Positions 25,727-39,204 of a DNA stretch of 64,000 nt are shown one piece after another; position 1 is the stretch's first letter; every line of letters begins with the position of its first letter. Made by a program: the position numbers and the translations under genes. The stretch lies in the NCBI GenBank assembly GCA_016748015.1, contig JAAOMT010000480.1, positions 682,001 through 746,000 of the forward strand. The letters run 5' to 3'. The notes under the pieces are model-generated. The model saw only the letters and a program-made list of their open reading frames with translations, did no database searches and was not told where the DNA came from. Source of the DNA: Geosiphon pyriformis uo1 (taxonomy: Eukaryota; Fungi; Glomeromycota).

Positions 25727-26560
25727 ATGGTGGTAAGTTAGTTTTGAAGAACCCTAGTCCTCAATCTTTGTCCAGCCATATCATCTATCAGCCCTTTTGC
25801 AAAAGTCAATCGTCTCCAATCATATAAGATTTCGGTTATAAAATATGGAAAAGACCAAAGTCCACTCTCTTGCATTGGGCTTAGTCTGCTATTGTTAATT
25901 CTGTTTTTAAACTTATTCCAAAATTTATAAAAAACGCCTCTAGAAAGGTGCTTTCAAGCGACTCGTCGAAGTTGGTCGAGTGGTTTTCATCAACTATGGT
26001 GATGATACAGGCAAGCTCGCTGTCATTGTCGATATTATTGACCATAATCGGGTAAGTTAGAAAATTTGTTTTTCCTATACTCCAGCTAATAATAAATGAG
26101 TAAGTGAGTGAGATCATTTCAAATCTCGAGATATTCTAAAGTTTTCTCTTTCCTAGGCACTTGTCGATGGACCCACTACTGGTGTTGCCCGCCACTCCCA
26201 TCCGTTTAAGCGTCTCACCCTCACCGATCATGTCATCGAAAAATTTCCTCGGGGTGCCGGATCGTCTATTGTAAAAAAATTTTTTGAAAACCAAAAGATT
26301 TTAAATAAATGGCACAACACTGCCTGGGCTAAGAAATTAGATAACCGTAAAAAGAGAGCGGCTTTAACAGACTTTGATCGCTTCAAGCTGCTCAAGTTGA
26401 AAAAGCAGGTAAGCTTCAAACAATATTTACATTTTTAATCAATATTATTAGGAAGGCAATTGATCGATATACTCATGGTTATATTTTCATAAACATTTTG
26501 AAACAGCGACGCTATATTCTTCAAAAAGAAGTTGCTGTCTTAAAAAAAGCCAAGGCTTGA
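25727..26560 (+). CDS. RPL14: 60S ribosomal protein eL14 (4 exons; not in the ORF track)
   Basis: MV|[36 protein letters not shown]|[13 protein letters not shown]...[12 protein letters not shown]. Pyrimidine tract just upstream of the ATG; stop TGA 26558-26560. Confidence 0.97.
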
Positions 26561-26958
26561 AATCAGGTTCACCCATGAGTTTGCTACTACAACCAAATTG
26601 CAGCTTTTAATCAATCTGTTCTTGAGGGATAATGTTGAAAAGGAACACTTGCTGGCCTATTATAAGTCAGCCAATCAAGACTAAGAATCAAATGTTAAAT
26701 TTAGAGTTGCGTTTTAGGGTTCCTTAAATTCCTTTTGCCAAAAATAATCCAGAATTAAGTCGTATAAGGTGTCAATGAGGGAACTTTTACTCGTGTAATG
26801 AACACAATGAAAGAAGCTAGAATTTCTGGATTGGGAGCATTTTTATTATCTACACTTAAATCTTAGACCAAAAACTGAGAATCCAAGAAAGATCGATGTA
26901 AGCAAGGCTCAACATGATATAAAGTTTAATTACTGCAGTAAAGGAGGAGCCAAGGTCT

Positions 26959-28054
26959 TCAATTATCAACCGCCATTGCCCTCAGGATTTTTACGTTTTC
27001 CTTTGGACTGTGCAAAAGATCGTATTTAATTTACAAGCATAAAAGTAACCATAGGATTTGAATGAAATAATTGCTAACCGATCCTGAGAATCCGTAGCCA
27101 CTAATCCCATGCGTTTTACAACCCGCATCCCCTTACTTACGCGACCAAATATTGTATGTTTTCCTAGAAAGAAAGCTAAATTTAAGAATAGGATTAATTG
27201 GTACTTAATTTACATAAACAACTTGCATACCATCTAGCCAAGGGGTTGGGGCCAAGGTAATAAAAAACTGTACAGATGAACCAAACCGATCTAAACCCAT
27301 GTTAGATGAATGCTTGAGGATGAAATTTTCCAAAGATCTTAGTGGGTTGAGCGACTCGCCTGACTCCCATTCGTATCTGGTCCCGAATTAGCCATACTTA
27401 GAACACCAGCTCCAGTATGTTTGAGGTCCGGATTAATTTCATCCTCAAATTTCTGTCTGAATGAAAGGGAAATTCTCAATTGAGGAAAAATAATCAACAT
27501 TGTAGAAATTTCAAAAAAATAAACGACCCACCCGTAGATTGATGCTCCACCACGTCCAGTTCCAGTCGGATCACCACCTTGAATTATGCAATCCTTTAAC
27601 AGTGATGAATTTATTGAGGGATACACCAAAATCAAAGCAAATAACTTTGGTTATTTATTTACCGGAATTATCCTGTGGAACTGAAAGAATATTCAAATTA
27701 AACTTTTTCAATTAAAACCAAATTCCGACGAATTATTCTTGAGGGTGAATACTCACAATCACTTCATTGTAGTAACCACGTTTTGCCTTTAATCCGAGAG
27801 CAAAACTCAATGATATCAATGGTATTGATTAAATAGTAGCATCAAGAGAAAGATTTTTCCGTACCAATTGGAAAAAATTCTCACAAGTTTTTCTTGCGTG
27901 ATTCCAATATAACTCCAAAGTAATTTCGCCCTATTTGATAAGTTGATGTATAAGGATTCTCTCGAGCCTGCAAAATCAGATCCTTTTGAGAAACTTCGTC
28001 TTGAAGTACCATTGAAGTGCCGAGGACTACATAGGGGTTTGTTGGGTCTTCCAT
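26959..28054 (-). CDS. PPIL1: Spliceosomal cyclophilin PPIL1-like peptidyl-prolyl isomerase (9 exons, one of 18 nt; one GC-AG intron)
   Basis: TSM|[22 protein letters not shown]|[10 protein letters not shown]|FHRIIP|[21 protein letters not shown]|[32 protein letters not shown]|[12 protein letters not shown]|GKHTIFGRV, collinear with PPIL1. Confidence 0.93.
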
Positions 28055-28420
28055 TTGGATGAAATTTTTTTCGGTGGCTGGACAAAAATTTTGATAATCC
28101 TCCCAAATTTGTATTAAAATGACGCACAAACAATCAGAGAAGTTATACAATGAATAAAAAGGTAGGCAGTAAAATCACGTTATAGTATCCCCCAAACCTT
28201 GACTTAAACAACCAACCCCAGGAGTATGTCAGAAGTTTTGACTATCGAGTTGTAATGATTATTATTATGAATTCATGTTACACAAAATATTAAATATAAA
28301 AATATAAGAAATGGGTTAGCTTTATCGATAACTTAATTAGGGTTAAAGACGCTAAAAAACAGACGCTGGATCTTTACAAATTGGATTGATAAAACTGTGG
28401 GCACGTGTATATATACTATT

Positions 28421-30069
28421 ATGCCAACAGCAGCTACTAGACGTGAACGTCCAGCACGCCGTAACGCCAACTACCGGCGGGAACCGGATCCGCCTAAGGT
28501 ATTTGAGCAAGTGTCGGACGTTAGTGATCTCGAATCTGAAGAACCGGCAGTCTCTTCTGAAGAAGAAACTGTAGATAAGATCGATGATTTATACATGTCT
28601 GAAGAAACTAGTGAAGAAGTAGAAGAGGAAATTGAAGAGGATCTAATGGAAGAAGACCAAGAAGAGGTTGAGGTACCAATGGAAGATGGCGGGGTTGACG
28701 AAGAACAAGAAGAAGAGGACGAACAACAGGAAAGGGGAGAGGAAGAAATGGGAGCAGAAGAACAAGTGGGTGAAGTTGAAGAACAACTAGAACTAGGGGA
28801 CGAAGATGCTGAAGGGGAAGATGAAGAAGAGTTGGACATGGAGGAAACTGTTGTAGTTAGTGAGCTGGCCGATGATGATTTTGAAGATATAAATGAAAGT
28901 GAAGAGGATTCAGAAGGGGAGGAGCTGAGTGATTTTGAATTGACATCACCAGCTAAGAAGGGGAGAACAAATCAAAGTGGATTATCTTCGAAGTCAAAAC
29001 AGAAACAGCCGGTCAAACCTAACAACAACCGCCAAAGACAACATGTAGAATCATCACGAAGTGTTGCAGCGAAAAAGAAAGGTCTAGCAGTTTTCCGTTT
29101 CATGTATTTCTTTGTGCTCTATTATGTTTGCGTTGATTTCATTCCTTGTAATATTATTTTATAATAGTGAGGTTAGGCAATATTTCTAAAGAAAACGTTT
29201 TTTCAAGGAGTTCTTTTTCTACAATCTATGGCAATAATCTCCTCTTTTTCTACGTTTTGATTTTCAATATTTATGCAATCCTGCAGGTGTCATTGATTTG
29301 TCTTCGGCTTCTTCCTCAAAAAAAGGTGATAATCTAGTACTCACGAAGCGACAAAGAGCGAGGCTCAATGAAGAATACCAACATGACTTGCTTGAACTAC
29401 CCATGGGTATTTGCTCACCTTTAAATTCATTTTTTTTGTCTGTAGAAAGAATAATTTATTCATCTTTACAAATCAGAACCGACGCGCAAAAAACATCTCA
29501 CTGAAGAAGAAATTGCATTAAGAAAGTCAGAAACCGCTCGTCGGCGGAAACATCAGAGTATTCAACGTGCTGAGCAAGATAAGGTAAAAAATCGAAAATC
29601 TTGACAATAATCTGGTTGGTGTGATCCTGTTCGCAAAATTGACAAATATTATAAAAATTATAAGATGGACACAATAAATCGTCTGTTAAAGAAGCAAAAC
29701 ACCAAGAGGCGTAGTAAAGAAGATGAAGCAGACAACAATCAAGATAATCAAAAAGACGGAACTAGTCGTAAACCCATGCAGGCTACGTCTTTTCATTACG
29801 TAAATTGTCTAAATGGAAGTACACTCTCAATACCGATCGGTGTTCCTGTACCTATATCATTTGACAAAGGACCAAAGTAAAGATCCTCAAAATTGATAAA
29901 ATTTTTATGAATTTAATTAATTATTATATTGTGTTTGAATTGCAGCTACCCACCACCGGTTCCTACATGTGATCATCTTGGATGTCAGCACCCAAAGAAA
30001 TATCGAAGTGTTAAAAATTACAAATACGCCTGTTCAATGGACCACCTAAAAAAAATAGAGGGGAGATGA
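28421..30069 (+). CDS. IES2: INO80 complex subunit B / Ies2 (acidic N-terminus, PAPA-1 region, C-terminal Cys/His finger)
   Basis: LTKRQRARL..LLELPM, LTEEEIALRKSETARRRKHQSIQRAEQDKMDTINRLLKKQ, last exon YPPPVPTCDHLGCQHPKKYR..YACSMDHLK. Confidence 0.88.
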
Positions 30070-30636
30070 TAAGATAATAATAACTTTAAATAACCTTAGC
30101 CAATTTCGGTGGTTTGAGGATCTGGCTAATGGTAGCTGTGAAGTTTCCCATTTTGAGAATGGGATGATTTGGACCTAATGCACATCCAACCTCCGAATTT
30201 CATGGATTAGATTCCTGAGGTTTGTGAGCATTTCTTCTGTAAAGCGATAGTTGGAGGGGTAATTTGGATAAATTATTTTTTCCATCATCGGAACTTTGGT
30301 GTTTACGATAATGTACTGATTAAATTTTGTCATTCAGATTTCAAACAATAATAGCCATTTTTTAATTAGGAATGTTCAATAATTGTCTAGGTTTCTTTAA
30401 TAGTTTCAAAAAAATATAAATTAAATTTCTCATCACCAAGTTTTGGACACTTGGTATGCATTAAGCCATCCATCACAAATCTTCAACTCATTGAACACAT
30501 CATATGATTAGTGTTGTCTTCTTAAAATCCCGAGATATAATCATTACATATTAGATGACACCGTTGGATGTGAAATAATCGATTGTTACAACAAAGTTGT
30601 GCGTTAGCTTGCAAAGGCGAAGAACATTGTGGTTCT

Positions 30637-33043
30637 TTACAACCCTAAAATTTCTCTACTTTTTTCACGCATCACATGTTTCTTGATTTTTCCTGTGACT
30701 GTTTTCGGAAATTCCTCAACAAACAAAACATAATATGGAATCTTGTAATGTGAAATTTTGCCTTTGCAAAATTGTCGAATATCTTCTTCCGTCAGGACTT
30801 TGTTTTTTTTACTAATTATCCATGCACAGATCTGTTCGCCCATAATCGGATCCGGTACCCCAACTACAGAGGCATTTGTAATATCGGGATGCTCGAAGAG
30901 AAGATTTTCAACCTCTGCTGGTGCTATTTTTTCACCACCACGGTTGATTTGGTCTATGACCAAAAAAGGTTAACGTCGCAAAGGAAAATTTTATTCGATA
31001 CTTCAGGAGGAACATTACCTTTTATACGACCAACAATTCTACAGTATCCTTCTTCATCTATGATAGCAGTATCGCCTATTTCAAATATTTTTAGGGCGGT
31101 AATATTAAAGATGGTATGAAGTAATAACCCTAATAACTTACCTGTATGCATCCATTTGTTTCCCTGCTCATCAAGACTCATTGTTTTTCTGGTTTGTGGT
31201 TCGCTATTCCAATAACCACCTTCCATCACAATATAGCCACTGGAGCAAAGTTCCCCGGGTGTATTCACTGGTAAAATAGAATTTGTTTCTGGATCAATAA
31301 CCTTTGCCTTAATATGGGGCAAGATGGTTCCAACCGTTTCGACCCGCCGATGTAGAGGATCCGTCGATCTAGTTTGGAAAGATATCGGTGATGTTTCTGA
31401 AACAGTAATGTATTACAACGAAAGTAAAATAGCATGAGACAGAAAAGTCAAAAAAAAATTTATAATTTCCCTGAACCTGTCATTCCGTAAGCAATGGTGA
31501 GTTCTTTCAAATTCATTTTTTCTATAATATCTTTCATGACTTCAATAGGGACTGGGGAGCCGGCGGCTATCCCGGTCCTTTAATAATAACATGCTATATC
31601 AACAAAGAAATCAAAAAACCAAGGATAATAATCTGAATTAAAATACCTAAGGTTGGTTAAGTCATATTTACGGAAATTGTGATGATTCATTTCCTCAATA
31701 AACATTGTGGGTACTACAAGAAAAAGCTATGATCATAAAAAGTTTCCCAAAAGAGGACAGAAATATCGAAAAATAATAGGATATTAATAGATACCCCCAT
31801 GTAATCCAGTACATTTTTCTTCATCAACAGCACGTAACGTCGCTTCAACGTCAAAACCCTCACTTGGATAGACTACTGAAGAACCTTTTGACAAGGCAGC
31901 TAGATTACCCAGGACAATACCTTGGGAAATCGATTATAAGCTAGTCAATTTGAGCTTTTAGTCTAGAGGCAATATCTTAAGATAACCAAACTCACCAAAG
32001 CAATGATATAAGGGAACTGGAACGCATAAAACATCTTGAGGCGTTAGAATCATTCTGTCCGCAGTGGCCTTTAACAGAAGGTATCTTAGAATGAGGTTTG
32101 AAAATTTAATTAAAGACATAGACACCAACTTTTCCATTATTGAGAATATTCCGATGAGACAAGGAAGCTCCTTTCGGGGCACCTAGGGATAATGAGCACA
32201 TAAAACTTGAAGTGAAAAGGGTTGAAGAGCTTGGCTAGCTTGAGGGCAATAAAACATACCAGTTGTCCCAGAGGTGAATTGGATATTAATAATATCGTTT
32301 TGAGTTAACACGCCCCCAATTTCTTTAATAGGATCGTTTCCCCATACTGTATATTCGAACATTTCGTGAAATTGTATCAATCCGCGAACTCCTTCAAGAT
32401 ACTCGACAGGATGATGTGTGTCAACGACAATCACCTGTTTCAAATCGGGCAATCTCTCGGCTTCTAAGGCATTAGGTCGGGAGAAATTCAATTCAGGGGC
32501 GAGCTCTGTAATCATCTTAATATAATGGGATGACTTGAAATGTGGCGTTAAAACGAGTGATTTACATCCAACAAGCTTCAGTGCCTGTTCAAGTTCCTTT
32601 ACTTTATACGCTGGGTTGATTGTCACCAAAATAACACCTATTTTGCTGGTTGCGTATTGTAAGGTTGCCCATGCCGAATTATTAGGCATAAATATTCCCA
32701 ATCGATCACCTTTTCGTAATCCACTTTTATGAAGGCCACGCGCCAAGGCATCAATTTGGTCGCCAAATTGGCGATAATTCCAGTGTAAATTGTTTTCGTG
32801 CTTAACAACCAATGCTTGACGGTCCCCGTATTTTGTGACAATGTCGTCAAAAAAATTTCCTATGGTGACTTCTAAAAGAGGTTCATCAGTGGGGCCTTCG
32901 ACATAGGACAGACTACTTTGATTTCGCCTTTTTATTGTTTTTATGGGTTTAGTCGCGTTAACTTGTCGTAGGATCGTGAGGAAGTAAGGAGAAACGCGAC
33001 CAGTGGGATTTAAAGGTCGTATAAGATTGCGAAAAAGCAACAT
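30637..33043 (-). CDS. AMP-forming acyl-CoA synthetase, ACSF2-like, probably mitochondrial (multi-exon)
   Basis: [10 protein letters not shown]|APKG P-loop, [15 protein letters not shown]|[42 protein letters not shown]; basic presequence-like N-terminus. Confidence 0.93.
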
Positions 33044-34355
33044 AGTTCAAGTACATCTATCTTTTTTTGAAGTGAAACATGGGGTAATTTTCTGGGGGAT
33101 ACTATAACGTGATTTTATTACGGCCTAGCAGCCTACCTTTAAAACTTTATATATCTTATTAAAAAGAATAATGTACATCATAATTCCCCTATTAAGCTTG
33201 AACATCTTTCAAACACATGTGTTTCAAGATTCATCTCTTTGTTAGCTTTTAAGAGTTATTGTATTACTAGTAATAGTTAAAATTATTTGATGACCCTGTT
33301 TCAAGGTGTATTATCATTCTTTATTTTGATCCAAATAACACCTGGCGATCAATTATATAGTTGTCAAAAACTTGAGTTTCAAAATTGTTTATTGAAAATA
33401 TAAGGTTTTAAAAATCTCGGTATAAGAAACTTTCAAACATTTAATCTGGCAAATATGAAAATATCCGTATTTTCAGGTTTGATTATAAAATAGATTTTGA
33501 TAATGAGATAATTTCAAAGGTTGTTATTTATAGTGTCACAGATGCAAGCACATTACTCATTACCAAGAGTATTCTCAAATTGGACTTTCCATTATATGAC
33601 CATTTCCGTCAGTACAACATTTGCGTTTCAACCTGTATAATATAGTAATGACTGCCCCACATCTGAATGGCATAGAAAATGATGATGGTATCACTGTAAA
33701 GACGCCATTATGTATAGGCTATTGTCTATTCTCAGGGTAGAAGACGAAACGTCTTGGTTGTGGACTTGACCTAACTGGTAAAAGACTGTACAAGTTCAAA
33801 TTTAGAATTTATGCATAAAAATTCTGATGGCGAAATTTTGATTCACCAACCAGAATCCCCATTACAGTTAACTGAATTACAATCCCTGTGAGATCGATGT
33901 TGTGAGAGCACAAAGATCATCTCTTCGTGTCGTCGATGGAAATGCTCTACATACCGAGAACGGTTTAAACTTATCAAATAGTAGAAGCTACCATTACATT
34001 TAGGAATCTGTTCTGGAATTCATTCAATTTAATTGTATCTTGCTTCGCTCTGAAGTTCTTTTTAAAAAAGGGTAAAGGTTGTGTAAAAGAGAAGCAGGTT
34101 TTCTCTTTTTTCGTTTCCTAAATTTTTCTTTCCACTTCTTGAATAGAGATATATTTATTTTGCTATTTAAATTTCTATTACTCTCCTGAAAACATCGAAT
34201 GCTACTCAACTGGCAGATATTTTGCCTGATTTTTCTTAATAATAAACCTTTGTCTATTAGTGCTCCAAGTTTTCATCATAAAAATAAAAACCCCCATATG
34301 CCCTCATAAAGTGGCTATAAGTTACTGTTGCCAAAGAAAAAATTGTTAACACACT

Positions 34356-37300
34356 ATGAGCAACAACGAAATTAGTGGGCAAAGAAATAGTCTAAGTAAT
34401 ATCGTAAGTGCTCTTTATCAACTACCACGTATGCCGGAACCGAGTCTTGTTAATAGCAATTCGCAAAATCGATGCGATTTCATAATACAGATTGATCCTT
34501 GTTATCCAATTTCTTCAACTGCTCAAACGCCATCACCGCAATCAACTATCCAAAATTATAATCAATATTTTTCTCCTTATCAGCATCTGCGTCATCATCG
34601 TACTGAGCGTACGAATAGCATTTCATCAGACCGCTACGAAAATTATCATCAACAGATTGAAGTTTACCATCAGCAACAGTATCAATCACAACATTTCTAT
34701 TTCACTAATAATAATCCTGCGATGATTACGAATAACAATGGGAATAGTATCAACTCGAAACAATCGATACCTATTCTTAATCATCATGCAGCGAGACGTG
34801 TTCGTGATCTTGAGGTACATTTATCCTACCAATCAGAACAAATGCGGATGATTATCTGGGAACGTGACGAATGGAAGAATCGTAATCATGCCTTGGAATC
34901 TGAATTGGGTCGAATACATGAGCAAGCTGTTGTCTATTATCAATTATACCAAGAACGTCAAGCACTCAAAAGTCAAAATGAAGTCTTTTTATCTAATATT
35001 AAATTATTACAAACGCGCATCACTGAATCTAATAATGAGCGAGATGATCTACGTGGAAAGAATCATATGTTAGAAATATGTCTCGCACAGGCGGAAACAA
35101 AATTTGGTCGAATTGCAACGTTGAACCAAGAACGTGATGAACTGCTTAATTCTCAACAAAAACTTCAAAGAGAAAATAATCAATTACGCGAGGAATCTGT
35201 GGAATTACAGCGACGGAATAATAGTCTGGAATCCGAAATGGGTAAATTGCAGGAGGAATTAAATTTCACCAGTCAACAACGAGATGAATTCACCCACGAT
35301 ATCAAATGCTTGAAATCTCAAATTAAGAAATCAAAAGACACATCCAAATTTCACGAGGACGAACCAAGTTTTACCTCGGAACCTCAAGCTTTAACAGAAG
35401 CTTCGATAGGAAAATCTAGAATGAGCGTTGATAATGATTCTTCATATAAGCAACCGAATTCAAAACGAATTGACGTTCTTGTGGAAAATCAAGTCTCAAT
35501 AAATTGTGGGGCTATTGAAAATCAAAATGAGATTAATACAAACACTTGTCAGCAAGACAATTTGTCAAATAATTCAAAAAATTCTTGTACAGAAATTTCT
35601 CGATTGAACGATGAGGTAGAGAGATTGATTCGGGAAAAATATGAGTTAGACAACAAGAACAATTCATTGAACTCGGAATTTGGTGTTTTACGTCGCCAAA
35701 GAGAAGAACTCAAAGAACAAAATAGTCAATTTGCCATCGAGGCTGGCAGACTTAAAGAGAGATACAGCAATTCCCTAAATCAAAATAAAGAACTACAAAT
35801 TCACAATCACGATCTTGCTACTGAACTGAGTCGTGTTCAGCAAATGTGCAATAATCTTTTACACATTCGAGATGATCTAAATACCCAGAGTAACGAATTA
35901 TCGGCCCAAGTTTCTGAATTGCAACAAGATTCCCAAATTCGAATTCAAGAAAAACTTAATCTAAATCAGGAATTAAATCTCTTGAAATTAAAGCACAAAG
36001 AACTTCAGGACTTTGATAAAACTTCCATAGATCAAGAGCGCGAAGAATCAGAGAATTCGAAAATTAAACTCACAATAGAGCTTGAACAGGCTCAAACAGA
36101 GTCTGTACAATTGAAAGAACAGCTTGAAAAAGTGAGGCACTATGAAAATGAATTAAAAACGCTCAATGAAACTCTCACCTTGCAATTATCCCGATTGCAA
36201 GAAGAATTTGAACACTTAAAGGAGGAGTCCGTACAATTGAAAAAAGAGCTCGAAAAAGTGGGACATCGTGAAAGTGAATATAAAGCTCATAATGATTCTT
36301 TGAAAAGTCAGCTTTCACAATTGCAAGGGGAATTTGAGAACTTAAGAGATGAATCTATGGAACTTAAAGAGGAGCTTGTAGAAGTCGGTAATCGGGAAAC
36401 TGAACACAAAATCCAAAACGATTCCTTAAAAAGGCAACTGTCACAATTGCAAGAAGAGTTTTTAGATTTGAAAGAAGAATGTTTGCATCTGAAAGAGGAG
36501 CTCGTAGATGTTGGTAATCGCGAAACGGGATACAAAATGCAAAATGATTCCTTGTCAAAGCAACTGTCACAACTGCAAGAAGAGTCTCTGGATTTGAAGA
36601 AAGAATGTTTGCATCTGAAAGAGGAGCTTGTAAATGTTGATAATCGCGAGACGGAATACAAAATTCAAAACGATTTCTTAACAAACCAGTTATCACAATT
36701 GCAAGAAGAGTCTCTCGATTTGAAGAAAGAATGTTTGCATCTGAAAGAGAGGCTTATAAAAGTCGGTGATCGCGAAAATGAGCATAAAAGAAAAAACGAT
36801 TTCTTAACAAACCAATTGACACAATTACAAGAAGAGTCTTTGGATCTGAAAGAACAATGCCTGCATTTTAAAGAGGTATCTTTACAGTTGCAACAAGAGC
36901 TCGAGAATTTAGGGCAACGTGAAATTGAATACCAAACGCAAAACAAAGTTCTCACAATGCAATTGTCACAGTTACAATATAAAATACAGGAAGAGTCTGA
37001 ACGTCTAATTCAAGAACAGGACACTGTGATCAAACAAAAAGAAAACGAGTTTGAATCCAAATTAGGCGAATTGCGTCGAGAAGCGCTTGATCTTCTGCAA
37101 GGAAGAGATAATTTGCAAATTGAAGCGAGTACTCTGCAGCTTCAACTAGATAATTTGCAAGAAGAATCGCGAAACCTTGTCCTTCAGCATGAACAGTGCA
37201 AAACAGAAAATGCTACGTTAATCCAAGAAATAACGCGATTACATAATATGTCTGAACAAACCATAAAAGAAAGAGAGCTGTTGATGGCAAAACATAACTC

Positions 37301-38907
37301 CCTTTCTACCTCTCACTCACAACTTCAAGAAGAAGCAAAACGTTTATTTTGCCAGCGTAATGAATCCCATAAACAACATCAGGAATTATCAGCCGAAGTT
37401 CAACGATTACAAGGAGAGGTTGGTGGTCTTATACGTCGATGTGAAGATTTGGTAAAAGACAATACATCCCTATCAACCGAGATGGGTCGATTGCATGATG
37501 AATCTAGTCGTTTAGTTCGCGAAGAATCAATCAAAATCAACAACGGGAACATCTTAAGGAAGTTTAGCAATAGTGCATTGCAAAAGAATCCCCCTAGGAA
37601 CACTAATAACAATGAACTGCAAAAAAATCTTCTAAAAAAGAATAGTATTGGTGAAATTCAAAAAAATCTTGTACAAAAGATTAGTAATGACGAAATTCAA
37701 TTGAATATCAAAAAGGCTATTAGCGGGGAATTTCCAAAAAATATTTCAAAAATGAGTGGTGATGAATTGCCAAAAATTATCACAAAGACTAGTGGGGATG
37801 AATTCCAAAAGAATATTTCCAAGAAGGCAAGTATTGATGAAATCCATAGATTGGTCAATCGTAAATCAGCATTATCCATCCGGAAAAAGAGTCCAATCAC
37901 CTTGAAAGATTATGATGAACAGCAAAGAGCATTGCAGCAACAACAAAAAAAAGAGCAAAAGCCTCCCGTTCCACCCTTGCCATCTTTAGCTGAACAAGAA
38001 TTGTACGAATCCCCTACAGCTCCGTCAGCCGCGTCCGAGACATCATCTCCTGAACCAAAACAATTACCTTCTCCGGCTCCATCTTTACCATCATCCCCAG
38101 AACCAATAAATTTGCAAGCATCGGCTATTCCTCGTCGAAGCACTATCGCCCATCAGAAATCATCTTCTGTTCCAATAATCAGACGCGTGATGGCTTCGCA
38201 AGAAAAATCAAACACATCATCTCAATCTACCTCTCCATATCAAGCACATGAAAAAAAACAGAGTATCAGTCAAGTCAGCCTTCCTCATTCACGAATTACT
38301 CGATCATTTGACTTGAATCATGAGCCACCACTTTCAAAGTCACAATCGCAAGTTGAATTACCTCGTCCATCAATAGCTTCAAGCAACTCAGGAGTTAGTG
38401 GGATAACAGTAGTATCATTACCACGGTCGGGAATCGTTTCGAGACCAGTTTCAGTGTACAGCCAAAAATCTATAAGAATTTCAAAAACCAACAAAAAGGA
38501 CATAACTCTTTGTGAACATTGTCATAAAATTCCGGTTCAGAAGAAATTATTTTCAACGAAAGGACAGTCTCGTTTCTGCTCAAGTAAATGCAAGAAATTG
38601 GCAAAGAATCGTTAGTTTTTTTAAATTATTCCTTGGTGTTATGTATCATCTTTAGCTCTGATATTTTTCTAAAGTTTCCCACCTTTATCCACTTAGAGAT
38701 TAAACCTGACTCTGGGTAAGTCTTTTTTTCAATCTTGGGTAGAATCCCGTGCTCATGATTATTTATATCCTTTTTTAACCAATTACTTCCCATAGTTTAA
38801 CACCAGCTTCGAGTGACCTCACACTCAATGAAGACGAATCACCAACATCGATATCATCGGTAGCAGGAAGTTTGTCGGACGAATCGTTAAAACAACATGC
38901 TTACTAA
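34356..38907 (+). CDS. Large coiled-coil protein with internal repeats and a C-terminal FCS-type zinc finger; likely two extra 3' exons beyond the 1419-aa ORF
   Basis: Heptad-rich core and CEHC...RFCSSKC motif. Donor GTTAGT at 38611, 19-nt exon 38697-38715 and last exon 38796-38907 join in frame. Confidence 0.8.
36096..36975 (+). repeat. Coding tandem repeat, ~7 x 126 nt (42 aa)
   Basis: Unit resembles KECLHLKEELVxVGNRETEYKIQNDxLxxQLSQLQEESLDLK and is visible at DNA level. Confidence 0.9.
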
Positions 38908-39204
38908 TATCAAATTGAGTGTGAATACCATGGCTTTAGCCTTTAGACTAGGAAAGAATTCTGAGTCATGATAGATTTAGAAATTTCCTCTCTTTAATGT
39001 ACATTTTTCTCTAGACTCAGAAGTTTCACGCTTCCCTTATATATGTACATATTCAATTTCTTTTGGTATTTTCTAATCTCGATTATAAATTAAAGGAATC
39101 CAATCTCTAAATGTGTTTTTAGACTAAATAAATATCTTCGAGTTAAACAAACCAAATTACGAAAACACCAATTACTCTTCCTACGTAGATCTTTACCAAT
39201 AATT

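Noticed and set aside
25733-25943. Longer first intron of RPL14 as a snoRNA host
   Set aside because: No convincing C/D or H/ACA boxes found.
28471-28839. Ser-rich minus-strand ORF and similar antisense ORFs over genes and LINEs
   Set aside because: Shadows of the real reading frame (GAA repeats read as TCT/TTC).
33648-33891. ~80-codon frame with one internal stop, plus an ATGATGA..CTGA pair
   Set aside because: No homology recognised, no terminal stem or guide; cannot be supported as a pseudogene or snoRNA.
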